A stretch of DNA of 64,000 nucleotides from Myxococcota bacterium (GTDB lineage Bacteria > Myxococcota_A > SURF-8 > G963663525), in the NCBI GenBank assembly GCA_963676915.2, contig CAXXVK010000043.1, positions 236,568 through 300,567 of the forward strand. Direction: 5' to 3'. The notes beneath the pieces were generated by a model that saw only the letters and a list, made by a program, of their open reading frames with translations, made no database searches and was not told the DNA's origin. This document shows, piece by piece, positions 49,430 to 61,566 of the stretch; positions within the stretch are counted from its first letter, which is position 1; every line of letters starts with the position of its first letter. A program made the translations under genes and the position numbers.

Positions 49430-52298
49430 GACGAATCCGGCAGGCGGCGCGGTATTCGCAGTACGTGCAATCCAGAGGCGTAACCTGAAAATCTCCTGCC
49501 CGCATAGCCTGAACGAGATTGTCCAGCCGGTCGGCAAAATTGTTTTCAGAAAATTTAGGGTGCTGTTCCTGACGATGCTCAAGGTCCGTTTGCCAGAACG
49601 GATCTTGCTCTTTGGCTGCACAAGGGATGTTCAACACGGCGGCGTTGTCCGCTCCCAAAGGTAAAAATGCGAACAGAACGTTTTCGAACGAAGCTTCGGA
49701 GTTTGGAAGCCGTTCGGATTGCAGCGCCGAAAGCAGGTAGATCGGCGCTTGAAAGGCGTTTTTCAAAAAGTTTTCCACCTTGAGATGCCGTTTGTAGCGG
49801 GCGAGATCGGACGATGTCTTGTAATCGATGATCACCAGCGTTGTGCCTTGGCGGTCGATGCGGTCGATGCGTCCTTTGAGCCGGAGCGTTCCTCCGGTTC
49901 GAAGCGGAATTTCCGGACCGTCGCGGTTTTCCTCCATGCCGAACGAAGCTTCCACCTGCATGGGAACGGAATCTTTTAGAAGATCCGGTGGGTTGGCTAG
50001 TAGGCGGTCCGTTGCTTCGGCCCAGCGTGTCGCTTTGAGGAGGGCAAGCTTGCGGCGTTCTTCCGACCAATGACGAGAGCGTTTCTCGAAAGCGGCCTTG
50101 AAACAGGCGAAAAGCTCCTTGCGTTGGTCGGGTCCGTAGGCGGTCAAAGGTTTTCCCAAGCGTGGCTTGTAAAACGTCTCCAGCGCTTCATGTACTGCCG
50201 TGCCGGTATCGAGCGGGGAAGGGTCGGGTTGAACGTCGCTTGGTACCTGCACGTTGTAGATGCGTTCCAGCAAAAAACGAAACGGGCAGGTGGCGTAGGT
50301 TTCGAGAGCGCTGGCGCTGAGTGATTCGAAGGCAGCAAGCCGCTTTCGGAGCGGAGTGGGACAGGCGGTTGCAATCGATCCGGTAAATTCGTTGGCCTGA
50401 TCTCGCCTGAAACATGGATCGGTGGTCAGGTAAAAATGCCTGGCTCGGTCCATGTCGTGCAATTTGGACAGAAGGCGGTCGTGGGATTCCGGGGGAACCG
50501 AAAGCTCCATCTCCGGCGCATCGGTCGTCTCGAAGTGCAGATCCTCTCCGAAGACATCCTCCAGTACCGGTGAGGGGCGACAAGGCTCGCCGTTTTCATC
50601 CGTTTCCGGGTGGCTGAGGTATAGATGTTGACAGGTGGCGCGTCCCAGTCGGAGGCGGTACAACCAACGGCTGGTATGTTCCTTGGCGTTTGGAAAAAGG
50701 GGCAGAGCATGGGTGCGATTGAGTTCGTTCAACGTGGCTTCCCCGACGATGGCGGCTGGTGTCGGCGGCGGGAAGGCTTCTTGTGTCGTTCCCGGAAGGA
50801 AGAGATGCATGAAGGGTCGGGAACCGATTTCCACCGGCTCGAAGATTTCGGCGGCGTCCGGGTCGGGTACGGCGCGGCGACTAAGACGAAGATCGAGCAG
50901 GGAAAACAGTTCCCGCAAAAAAGCTTTTCCTTCCCATTCGCGTGTACCGTCCGTGACCGCTTCCCATTCTTCCAGCAGGGCGATGGACGTTTTTCGGGCG
51001 TTCCATTCCAGGGCGAAACGTTCCTCATCTTCTGTAGAGAGAGCCTTGGGCCACGAAACCTCGGAAACGAGGGATTTCAACCCGTTCAGCCATCTGGAAA
51101 AAGGTTGGCGGGTCTGGAAGTTGCGAACGACATCCAGCCGTTTTCTTGCAATGTGCAGGGTTTTGTTGATCGCAACTTGGTCCGCCAGCGTGTTTTTTTG
51201 TGCCTGTTCGGTGAACTCGGCTTCCCAATCCCCCTCGAATCGGTCGATTCCCGCCAGCAGAAATCGTCGTCGTGCTTGGACCGCTTCTCCCGGTGGATCG
51301 ATATCGAAAGGCGGTGGCCAACTCAACAGAAGATCCGGAGTGGGATCGTCCAGAGATTCCAACAGAGCGGGAAGCCAGCGCCATAACGGGGCGTGTCGTA
51401 AATCCTCGGAATGTTCCCAGGCGAGCGGAACGCGGGTGGTTTTTGCCAACTCTTTGAGTGGCAGGCGGTAACGCTCTCGATCGATCAAGGCAATGCCGAT
51501 TCGGTTGGGAGGTACGCCCTCGGCAACTAGTCGGTTCATTTCTCTAGCGATCCAACGGGTTTCGGCGAAGCGGTCCACGAATGTCAGGCCGTGTAGTGTG
51601 GCAGCTTTGTTTCCCCAGCGGGGTAAAGGACCGAAATCGTAGCTTGGTTCGATGGTTTGTGAGCCGGTCTGTGCTTCGATCAGGCGCACTGTCTTTTCGA
51701 GGGCCGGTTCATCCGCATTGTCGTTGGGATATCGCAAGCGAAATCGGACGTTCCCCAACTGTGCCAATCGTTTCAACGTTTCCCAACGCAAGGGAGATAA
51801 TTCGAAAAAACCGATGAATTCCAACTCGTTACCGAACTCCGACGGCCAACCGCCTTCGCCTTGGATAAACCGACGCAGGATGTCGCCTTCGGTCGAATGA
51901 TTCCACAAGGCCAGGCGGTTTCTCCAGCGATGAAACAGTATGGCGAACCAGAAAGTGTCTTTGTGGTTCAATCCGTCGAGTTGCGGTTCTCCATTTTGTG
52001 GAGCAGCTTGATCCAAACGCAGGAAAAAGCGGGATAGCGCCTCGGCGAAACGGAAAAGCGTTTCGTTTACGATCGCCCCGAAGGGAGGTGTCGGACCTCG
52101 GCGAAGCTCTTCGAGCGTAGCGAGATACGCCAGTCGTGAACCGATAAGTTTCGGAGGATCGGAAAACGTTGCGGCAATACCCGATACCAGATCCGGCCAG
52201 GGGCGATCTGCGAGTGGAAACAGTACCGGTGCGGGAGAACCTCGCAAGGCTTCCTCTACGGCATACGAGGCCGGAGAAATGCCGGGGTGGATTCTCAT
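49413..52298 (-). CDS. AddB-like PD-(D/E)XK nuclease
   Basis: LSASALETY..CPF, G.AVH, VEASFG, GRIDRID, IIDYK, QAPIY, CTYC.Y...C. Confidence 0.85.
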   Translation of the reverse strand: MRIHPGISPASYAVEEALRGSPAPVLFPLADRPWPDLVSGIAATFSDPPKLIGSRLAYLATLEELRRGPTPPFGAIVNETLFRFAEALSRFFLRLDQAAPQNGEPQLDGLNHKDTFWFAILFHRWRNRLALWNHSTEGDILRRFIQGEGGWPSEFGNELEFIGFFELSPLRWETLKRLAQLGNVRFRLRYPNDNADEPALEKTVRLIEAQTGSQTIEPSYDFGPLPRWGNKAATLHGLTFVDRFAETRWIAREMNRLVAEGVPPNRIGIALIDRERYRLPLKELAKTTRVPLAWEHSEDLRHAPLWRWLPALLESLDDPTPDLLLSWPPPFDIDPPGEAVQARRRFLLAGIDRFEGDWEAEFTEQAQKNTLADQVAINKTLHIARKRLDVVRNFQTRQPFSRWLNGLKSLVSEVSWPKALSTEDEERFALEWNARKTSIALLEEWEAVTDGTREWEGKAFLRELFSLLDLRLSRRAVPDPDAAEIFEPVEIGSRPFMHLFLPGTTQEAFPPPTPAAIVGEATLNELNRTHALPLFPNAKEHTSRWLYRLRLGRATCQHLYLSHPETDENGEPCRPSPVLEDVFGEDLHFETTDAPEMELSVPPESHDRLLSKLHDMDRARHFYLTTDPCFRRDQANEFTGSIATACPTPLRKRLAAFESLSASALETYATCPFRFLLERIYNVQVPSDVQPDPSPLDTGTAVHEALETFYKPRLGKPLTAYGPDQRKELFACFKAAFEKRSRHWSEERRKLALLKATRWAEATDRLLANPPDLLKDSVPMQVEASFGMEENRDGPEIPLRTGGTLRLKGRIDRIDRQGTTLVIIDYKTSSDLARYKRHLKVENFLKNAFQAPIYLLSALQSERLPNSEASFENVLFAFLPLGADNAAVLNIPCAAKEQDPFWQTDLEHRQEQHPKFSENNFADRLDNLVQAMRAGDFQVTPLDCTYCEYRAACRIRLMPCF

Positions 52299-52606
52299 GG
52301 GTCCATTGCACCGTTAAATTTCATGGGTTTGTGGCAACGCAGGCAGAGATCTTTTTTCAGAGGATGATTTTCGGGCAGAGGGGACATTCCCTCGTCCGAA
52401 TGACACTCCTGACAACTTTTCCAGTCATTCAACCCCTCGTGCATGTCGTCGTCGGGTAGGGGCGGAGTAGGTCTGGGGTGTTCGGCAAAGTAGCCCAGCA
52501 AAACAATGATGAAAGCGACGAAGAGGATAAAAGTTACCGTAACCCCTAGCTTTTTTGCTTTGGAGACTGGGGATTGAGATTGGTTGTCGTTTGTGCGATG
52601 ATCCAT
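52295..52606 (-). CDS. Small membrane-anchored diheme c-type cytochrome
   Basis: One TM helix, CQECH and CLRCH, two further His residues. Confidence 0.75.
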   Translation of the reverse strand: MDHRTNDNQSQSPVSKAKKLGVTVTFILFVAFIIVLLGYFAEHPRPTPPLPDDDMHEGLNDWKSCQECHSDEGMSPLPENHPLKKDLCLRCHKPMKFNGAMDP

Positions 52607-52855
52607 AAATGACCATGATCGGGTATATTGGATGCAAGCCTATATAAAATGGCTTGTTTTTTGCGTCATACTAGTGGGGTTATGCTGGAAAGTCAATCTC
52701 TCCGAAATCGAGCCAGTCGCGGAAAGCAGGCTAATGGAGAAACGGACGTCTGGCCGCATGACGATGGCGCAAAGCGAAACGAAAGTTATCGATTCTGGGA
52801 CAAAACAGGTATTATACGGAAACAGACTATGGAAAAAAAAGAGGGTGAAACCGTC

Positions 52856-55800
52856 ATGATTTCGAGAACCATCTTCGGAGTGCGACCTGGGGTGTCGGTC
52901 CGTGTTTTTCCAATTGTTTTCGTGCTTTGGGCTTTGGTCCTCAGCGGATGTCCCAGTGGGGCCGTACAAGCTCCCTGCACGAGCAACAACGATTGTCCCG
53001 AAGGATGGATTTGCGGAGAAAGCGGCACGTGTCGTCCTTTGAACGACTCGCTGCCCGAAACCGATTCGGACGACGATCTCGATACGACGGATACGGACAA
53101 AAGCGATCATACCGACCAGGTTTCCACGGCACAGTGCTGCGATTCCTTTATCGGCGTTCAGGGGGATTGGTTGCGCTGCAACAGCTCCGGGGATATCGCT
53201 ATTTGTCATGAAGTAGACGAACCGCCGCCCGACGATTGTTCCGTTGCCTGTCGCTGCGAGACTTTTGCCGAATGCGAACGGGGTTGCTACGATCCGCCGG
53301 ATGAAATCGGAGGGGCGATTTGTATCGAAGACGGCGAATGCGGATCGCCGCCGGAATCTCCCGGTTGCAATCCTGCCACTGTATGTAAGGAGAACACCCT
53401 CTATAGTTGCAATACCGATGAATTGGTCCTGCGCTCGTTCCCGGAATGCTGGCAATTCCGTTGCGAAGAAATCCAAACCTGCGATCAATCCTGTGAAACC
53501 CATGATGAATGCACTGCCGAATGTGTAGGCGATGGATGCATGCCGTTCGGGGAGGATTTCGATTGTGACCCGTCATGCGACGACAACGCCGTTCATAGGC
53601 CGTTTTTGCAGTACGTTGGTCCTCCCGAGTGCTATTTGTGTACGTATGACGTGGAAGATTGCGAAGATGGAGAAGTTTGCGTTTTGGAACCGGGGGAGTA
53701 TTCACCCGAATGCCGGAGCAACAGCGATTGCGGTTTGATTCCGATGCCGGAATGCGATGATAGTCTTCACTGTGAGCAGACAACGGATATGCATAAGGTG
53801 TATATCGGCATCGTCGAAACGAGAGATTACCCGACATGCTGGGAATGCGTTGACAAACCTGCTTTCGATTGTGGCGAGGGATTGTGTTCCTCTTTCCCGG
53901 AAGAAGCCATCTGTCATGAAGCACAATGTGCTTTGGAAAATCCTCCCGACTGTTCGACGGATTCTTATTGCGGCGAAGGCAATATCATGTCTCGGGAACT
54001 AGTTGCCGTAGATCATCCGACATGTTGGGAATGTCAGGATTATACTCTTGAAGATTGCGGAGAGGATGCCCGGTGTCAGATTGGCTCCGACGGTCAGCCG
54101 GAATGCGTACCGATCAGCTCGGAATGCTCCGACGTCGTTCCTCCGACCTGTAGCGGACCGATTTGCCAGAATACGGGAATCTACGATCTTGAAGGGCCGT
54201 TTTACGTGGGTGCGCCGGAATGTTGGAGTTGCGAATACCAGGAAGTTGAGGAATGCTCCATCGGCACCAACGGAGTTTGTATCGAAGGCTCGGACGGTCC
54301 GTATTGCTGCAATGGTGCGGATGAATTCGAGCCGAATAACAGGCTGGGAACGGCTTATGACCTTGTAAATGGAAGTGATGTTTCCGGAGTTGTTTGCGGG
54401 CAAGATATCGATTGGTTCAAATTGACGGTTCCGGCGTGGCGGACGGCTCGTTTCATGGTCGATATTACAGGCGAATTCGAAGATACCATAGTGCGTGCCT
54501 TTGCCGATTCCCGTCAGTTTTACGAAGCCGAAGGGGAGCGAACGCAGGAATTACGCTGGATGTCCGGGAAGATGCCTCGGAGGTTCTTTTACGGTTCGAG
54601 CAGAACTCCTTCAAGTCGGCGAATTACTTTTTCGATATTTTCACGGAATGGCTTTGTCCGGAAGACGATTGGGAAGCCAACGACGGATTCGACACCGCAA
54701 CGGATGTTCAGTCCGAAATCGTACCAGTGGATGGAGAGTGGATTCTGGAGGACATTTGGGCCTGCGAATCCCCGGACTGGTTCATTCTTCCGCCGCTGGG
54801 AGAAGACCTGGAAGTTATCATCACGCCCATTGAAGCGGCGGACCCTTCCTTTGACAATCTCTTGTCGACCTACCTTTACCACGGTGAATCCACGATTGTA
54901 GATCAACGCAACAGCTACTCCGGGGTTCATCAATACAGCAGAATCGATGTGGGAACGGATGGTTCCTATCGTCTGAAAATTCAGTCGGTACAATCCCCCG
55001 TAAAATATTCGCTACGGATTCGCCCGACCGATATGAATCGTTGCCCGGAGGATGATTTCGAACCCAACGATACTATTGGTCAACCGGTGGCGTTGGAAGT
55101 AGACGACACCGTGAACGAATTGTGGGCCTGTCTGGACGAAGACTGGTTCGCCCTGCCTTCGGGGAACCTGCGTATTCGAGTGTATCCCGATCTGCCGGAA
55201 GGATTGTGGGAAACATGGCCGGTGGATTCAGCCGTATTTCAGGGGAATATTCTTGCAGGAATGTACACCGACGTTGTGGGAGTGCACGAATTCCGCTACA
55301 ACGTGCCCGTTGGAGAACCATGGTTCCTGAAAGTCCAGGGCCGCGAGGCTGATGGCTATCCTTATCATGTAACTATTGAAGAGGATGCGACATATTGCCC
55401 TGCCGACGAATTCGAGCCGAACGACAGATTCGACGATGCGACGGAACGGGACGTGGGGCAGACACCGATTCTGACATCCTGTGCTGACGACGATTTCCTC
55501 CGGTTCGAGCTTCCTGCAGGATACACCGGGAAACTGTCGATGCGATTTTTCGAGCGAATCGACGCGGTGACTGTCGTGACGGATGTGGAAACGGGGTTGG
55601 AGGTGCATCGAGCGAACGAAGGAGTGGAGCGAACTATCGAGATGGAAAACGATACATTTGCTTCGAAAGACTTTGTACTTCTCGTTCGTACTTCTACGGC
55701 TTTGGAAAACGAATACTACGTGTTGTGGGAAGTCTTTCCTCCGGTACAGGATTGTATCGATCACTTTGAACCCAATAATTACGCCAGTTTACGAACACTG

Positions 55801-57783
55801 CTCGATCCGGGAGATTACGGGAATCTTGAGCTTTGCGACGACGATGAGGACTGGTACGCCGTCGAAGTCGGTCCCGGAATGCGGTTGAAAGCCTCGATCG
55901 ATTTCGAAGGTGGAGATTTGGATCTGTATCTGCGCAATGCGGGAGAAGTATTGCTGGATTCCTCCACCGGGTTGCAATCCGAGGGATCGGAAGAGGTCGA
56001 GACCGTCAATCTCATCGGTAATGCCACGTATTTGATTCAGGTAAAGGGGAAATTCAACCCGGAGGCTTTGTATTCTTTGCACCTTAGCGTGGTGGACGCC
56101 GCACAGGACTGCATCGACGACGAGGCTGAAGAAAACGACACCCAGGACACAGCCGTGCCTCTGCAACAGGGCAACTATCCGGCATTGGTGGTTTGTCCCG
56201 ACGATGAGGACTGGTTTGTTGTAACGGTTCCGGGAACCAGCCGTGGGATCGTTCACCTGGAAGAAGGAGCCGAACCGGCTGGATTGGTGTTGGAATTGCG
56301 CGATCCAACCAGCGGCGCATTGCTGGAACGTGACGATTCGAGCGAGGCTACCAAAGAATTGTACGTGGATAACTTCTTCGCCGAAGAGCGGGACGTGCTT
56401 GTGAAAGTCACGGCTCGTCTTGGAATAACATATGAATATTCCTTGAACTTTTACGTTCAGGATTTTCCGGGAGACTGCCAGGACGATCGTTACGAAGACA
56501 ACGAACGGCCCGAGGACGCTCGTCAACTGGATGTACCTGGAGTCGAAGCCAACCTGATGGTCTGTTCGGGGGATGAAGACTGGTATTACATGGAAGTCGA
56601 AACCGGTTACGACCTGAAAGTCCAGGTACTGTTTGACCATGAGGCGGGCAATCTCGATGCTGTGTTGTACGAATCGGATGGACAGACCGAAGTTGCCGTC
56701 GGGCATAGTCTGACCGATAATGAAGAGCTTCCCCGTATCGAGGCTGCGGGATATCCGCGTTTCTTCCTGCTGCGGGTGTATGGGGTGGCCGAGGCGCAGA
56801 ATCCCTATTCCCTGGTACTGTTTTCGGATACCTCCGGCCAATGCCAGAACGATGTGTTCGAAGATAACGAAACGTACGTAACTGCGGCGGAGATATCGCC
56901 GGACGACTACCCCAACCTCACGTTATGTCCCGGCGATCACGATTGGTACGCCCTCGACCTGTTCCGAAACCGTTTCATGATGACTTCGATTTATTTTGAA
57001 GATGGCCAAAATCTCGATCTGGAATTGTATGACGCCGATCTCGTGCGCATTGCGGAATCCAACGAAACGGACTCGAACAGCGAAACGGTGGCGATTCCCT
57101 CGGTGGAAGAAAACGGGCGCTATTACCTGCATGTTTTCGGAGAATCCGGCGATGGGGTCGAGTATCGTATGCACGTCGAAACTCGGAACTCCATGGGAAC
57201 CTGCCAGGATGACGCATTCGAGCCTAACGATAGCCGGGCTTCAGCTTCAACGCTGACCGAGGCCGGACAGCCCTACTCAGGGTTGCAAATCTGTGAAGGA
57301 GAAGAAGAGTCCAACGCCGATTGGTATGGTATGGATCTCCAGGATGACGATACGGTGGAGTTGGATGTGCTGTTTTCCCACGATGCGGGAGATTTGTTGC
57401 TCAATGTCTATCGTCCAAATGGCAGTCTGTACCTGCAAAGCAACAGCAGTTCTTCGACGAACAATCGTGAAAGCGTGTTTTTGGATAGGATTGGTGGGGG
57501 ACGATGGACGTTCGAAGTCCGTTCCGTAGGCAATGCGCGCAACAGCTATTCCATCGGGATCGATGTCGGACACGGCCTGTGCTCGATTTGTGCCGGGGAT
57601 CAGGATTGCGGTGGCGATAACGATTTCTGTGCGATTCTCGGCGGTAGCGGTTTGCCGCCGGTTTGCACGCGCCATTGTGACAGCTACGATGACTGTCCCT
57701 CGGGGTTCAGTTGCATGCCGCTGTTCGATATCCTGGATTACCAGTGTATTCCCAACGATTGGTCTCGTTGCGAAGTGCCTTAA
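52856..57783 (+). CDS. Giant Cys-rich lipoprotein with nine PPC-like repeats; frameshift near 54560
   Basis: Lipobox LSGC, five P.C(W/Y) modules, then nine D.(F/Y/W)E.N....C..D.DW(F/Y) modules across frames 52628-54901 and 54394-57783. Confidence 0.75.
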
Positions 57784-57865
57784 GGAAATGCTTGACCTCA
57801 TCGGAATCAGCCTGTATCTTTTTCGCGAAAACGCCTGAAAATTCGATGAGTTCAATAGAGTCGAC

Positions 57866-59201
57866 ATGAAAAGAAAACAGAATATGAAATCCATGAAACC
57901 CTGGTTGATCGTTCTTGCAGCGCTTTGGATTTTTTCCACGATTTCGCCGGGTTGCGACGCTGGGAGCAAAGGGAAATCCTACAAGCCAAATCCCGACGAA
58001 CAAGGCTTGAAATTCCTGATTTCCGATCCGCCGCAAACCTACGATTTTGCCGTGAACGAAAGCTGGGACGGCAAAGTCGAAATGCTGGGTTTCGATCTCG
58101 AACCGCTACCTTTGCAGCATGGAAAACCTTTCAAGGCGACATTCTATTTCCGAGTGCTTGAACCTCTTTCTCGTCCCTACAAGTTTTTCGGTCATTTCGA
58201 GTCCATGGCCGCCGACGAACCGGCGCGTCAGGGATGGGATCACTACGTTGCCGGAAATGCCATTCCCACCATGAAGTGGCAGCCGGGGATGATTTTAAAA
58301 GACGAGTACAAAGGTAAGGTTCCGCCAGGATTTCCGGGGGATAAAGCTGCATTATGGGCTGGATTTTTCGATGGAAACTACCGTATGCCGCCGGACAGTC
58401 GCAAAAACAGTGACTCCCAGGGACGTGTGAAGGTGGGAACCATCGCTTTGGATAAACCCATTGAAAGCGACAAAGAATACCAGGTTTTCAAAGCCGGTGG
58501 ACCGATCACCATCGACGGAAAACTGGACGAGCCTTGCTGGGAAAATGCGCCATCGCTGGGATTTTTTCGTCAATACTTCCGGTACGCGGAAGGTCCGTCC
58601 CTTGACCGATGCCAAACTGCTGTGGGACGAAAAGAACCTCTACGTTGCATTTACTTGTAACGACAAAGACGTTTGGACCACATATACCCGCCGAGACGAC
58701 CCGTTGTACCGTCAGGAAGCGGTGGAGATTTTCATCGATGCCGACGGAAGCCGTAGCACCTACTACGAGTTGCAGGTCAGTCCGGCCAACGTGATTTTCG
58801 ATGTCTATTGGGGAGCGCGTCGCAAGCAGCGGAACATGGCTTGGGATTCCAAAATGAAAACCGCCGTTTCCGTTGACGGAACGTTGAACAATCATGGTGA
58901 TACGGACAAATCCTATACCGTAGAGGTGGCGATTCCGCATGAAGTCATCGATGATGCCCCCAACCGACCACCGAAGGCGGGAGATGTCTGGAAAGCCAAT
59001 TTCTTCCGTATGGAGAAAAAACACAACGGCGCCACGCGAGGAAGCATGTGGTCGCCCACGATGGTGGGAGATTTTCACGCTCTGGCGCGATTCGGCAAAC
59101 TGACATTCATGGAGCCGAGTGCAGGGGATCGCAAAGTCGATCCTGCTACGTTGCAAAAAAAGACCGATTCCGCAAAAAAAGCGGAGAAAAGCAAAAAATA
59201 G
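57866..59201 (+). CDS. Lipoprotein with carbohydrate-binding family 9-like (DOMON-like) domain; frameshift near 58570
   Basis: Lipobox SPGC, ITIDGKLDE..W, LLWDE.NLYVAF, VEIFID, YYELQVSP.N, VEVAIP, W.ANFFR. Confidence 0.78.
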
Positions 59202-59263
59202 TCTGAATTCCTTTTGTTTTTTATCATCTTGCTTGGACTCAGGCATTTTGAAAGGATCTCGTG

Positions 59264-60627
59264 ATGAAACATCGATTTTACCTTTTTATCGTATTTGCTT
59301 TGTTGGGACTGTCGTTTAGTTTGTTCGGTCCCGCCTGCGGTTCGGATGATTCTACCGGAACCGGTGGGGATGATCCGTACGTGGCCTACCGGAGATACGG
59401 ATGATGGAAATTCCACAGCGGATACGGACAACAACAACCAGGATGGTGACAAAGAAGGCGGTCTTGTGATCAACCCCGACCTGAATGGTGGAGATGTCGA
59501 GGAAGAGCAGGAAATCTGGGTACCCGAATGCACCGAGGACGCCGATTGCGGTGGAGACAAATACTGCGACACGACCGCGAACATCTGCCGTTGGCGGAAA
59601 ACGCTCTGCGAGCCTTGCGAAAGTTCCCGAGAATGCGGAACACGAGATGACGCTTGCCTGCCTCACCCGAACGGAAGCTATGTTTGCGGAAAATATTGTA
59701 GCGCCGAGTGGCCTTGCCTCTGGCGTAACGAGGAAACCGACGCTTTCGAATGCCAGAGTATTCCCGATTACGGCGATCAATGCCGTTACGTGGGTGTCGC
59801 CGGAACCGCCGCGAAGGGCGAGCCATGCTGCGTAACCGAGGATTGCGATACCAGCAGCGGAACGATCGTTTGTGCCGGTGTTCCGCGTGCCTGCCGAACC
59901 GACTGTCATACACCGGGTGTGGGTTGTCCGACTGGTCAGGTCTGCCGCGATGATGGTGCTTGTGGCGCGGGATGTGAAACCAACGGCGATTGCGCCGCCG
60001 GTGAAGTCTGCCTGGAACAGAACTGTGTGAAGGGCGAATGCGCCGAAAACGTGGATTGCTATCCCGAACGAATCTGTAACACCTCCACACTCAAATGCGA
60101 GGATGGTTGTGTGGAATCCGATGGCTGTCTCGCCATGAACGAATGTATCGACGGCGAATGCGTCAAGCGTGTGGGCTGTAAAGGTACCTGGAATTGCGGA
60201 CTTAACGAGAACTGCACCAAGGAAGATGTGGCCTCGGATGCCGCCCCCGAAGATCGCGGTAAATGCTACGATCCTCGGTACCCGACCAGTGAAGAGAACC
60301 CCGCCCCGAACGATCACCAAAATCAACTGTATTGTGCCCCTTGTACCGAACAGGCTCAGGATTCCGATGAATGCGGCGGTGTGGGTACGCACTGCCTGGG
60401 AGTTCAGGATTCCGAAGGCAACGATCGGGGGTAACTTCTGCTTCATTCCGAGGGATTGCAAAGCCATGGAAACCGATGACGACGGCAATTTCGTCGGTTG
60501 GGACGATGGTGCGTACTATTGTCCTCGTGGTTACGATTGCATGAAGATGACGGGCCAGATCACCGGTAAATATTGCTTTACCAAGTGCTGGGACGAAAAC
60601 TTCACCTTCCCCGAGGAACTTCAATAA
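59264..60627 (+). CDS. Cys-rich lipoprotein; frameshifts near 59380 and 60430
   Basis: ATG 59264 gives MKHRFYLFIVFALLGLSFSLFGPAC (lipobox), followed by many C..D.DC.....C modules. Confidence 0.65.
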
Positions 60628-60660
60628 GAAGCGATTCTCGACACCAAACGGTTTAAGCAT

Positions 60661-60699
60661 ACCGGAATCCGTCTTTTATAGCGGGTTCCGGTTTTTTTT
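60661..60699 (+). terminator. Rho-independent terminator
   Basis: ACCGGAATCCG-loop-CGGGTTCCGGT followed by a T run. Confidence 0.75.
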
Positions 60700-60709
60700 G
60701 GGGAAATAG

Positions 60710-60780
60710 GTAGGTCGGGTGATTTCACCCGACAATTTTCGAAAAAGACCCTTGGTGTCGGATGAAATCATCCGACCTAC
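60710..60780. repeat. GTAG-type REP inverted pair, same family as the IS110 target
   Basis: GTAGGTCGGGTGATTTCACCCGAC...GTCGGATGAAATCATCCGACCTAC. Confidence 0.8.
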
Positions 60781-60847
60781 CTTTTGAATCCATGTTTTCC
60801 TGAAAAAACAACGATTCTCCCTATATTTACACACCTGGAAAATACGG

Positions 60848-60918
60848 CGTAGCACTTTTTAGAAAAAACTTGACACGAAATCTTAAGAGGAGCATACGTT
60901 ATTTGGTTAAGTGCTACG
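60848..60918 (+). promoter_or_regulatory. Putative promoter flanked by a 10-bp inverted repeat
   Basis: TTGACA at 60870 with a weak -10. CGTAGCACTT (60848-60857) and AAGTGCTACG (60909-60918). Confidence 0.4.
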
Positions 60919-60964
60919 TGGTGAAGCACTAAATTCCAATGAATTTCTTAGATGGAGGAGTTTT

Positions 60965-61474
60965 ATGAACCGCTCGCTCGTGCTATGTGCTTTTGTTCTG
61001 ATCTGTGGCCTTTTCCTCGTCGTGGCTTGCGATGATGATAACGATGGCGATGTCGCCTACGTAATCATTCACAATGATTTCGATAACGAAGAAATGGAAT
61101 ATCAGCCGCCATGGACCATTTGCCACGCCAATTATAGGGGCGTTGAATTCGGTCATATCGACATCAGCCTGCAAAGCGCCGAACTCGAAGTGGAACCCGG
61201 CCTGGACAACGTACTGATGGTCGTGGCTTGGCAAGACCCGGAATGCAACCCGGAAAATTGCCTGCCGGTCGCCAGCCGAAATGAAGAAGAAGTCGTTACC
61301 GAGCAGCATCGTACCATCGCCATCAACATGCCGAACCACCAGGGTCCGTGTCCTCCCGAAGGCGTGCAGCCGATCCCTGAAGAGCTATACAACCGCGTGT
61401 TGGAACTCTATCCCGAATACGATTTCAAACCTTACAGTGAGCGCACCGAAAACACCCAATGTCTGGACGAATAA
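60965..61474 (+). CDS. Lipoprotein of unknown function
   Basis: RBS GGAGGAG, lipobox VVAC. Confidence 0.7.
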   Translation: MNRSLVLCAFVLICGLFLVVACDDDNDGDVAYVIIHNDFDNEEMEYQPPWTICHANYRGVEFGHIDISLQSAELEVEPGLDNVLMVVAWQDPECNPENCLPVASRNEEEVVTEQHRTIAINMPNHQGPCPPEGVQPIPEELYNRVLELYPEYDFKPYSERTENTQCLDE

Positions 61475-61566
61475 TGGATATCTGACTAGTATCATTGGGG
61501 GAATTGATCTTTTCGTTTCGAACGATCCGGCTTGCCGGATCGTTCGCATTTATTGGAATCGAATCC

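Noticed and set aside
54300-57300. Periodic repeats as a possible CRISPR or other DNA array
   Set aside because: The periodicity is at protein level with degenerate codons, and no identical DNA repeats with spacers or cas genes were seen
60848-60930. Canonical NikR or Fur box, or cobalamin riboswitch, before the TonB operon
   Set aside because: Half-site spacing does not fit these boxes, and the leader is too short and lacks B12-box motifs
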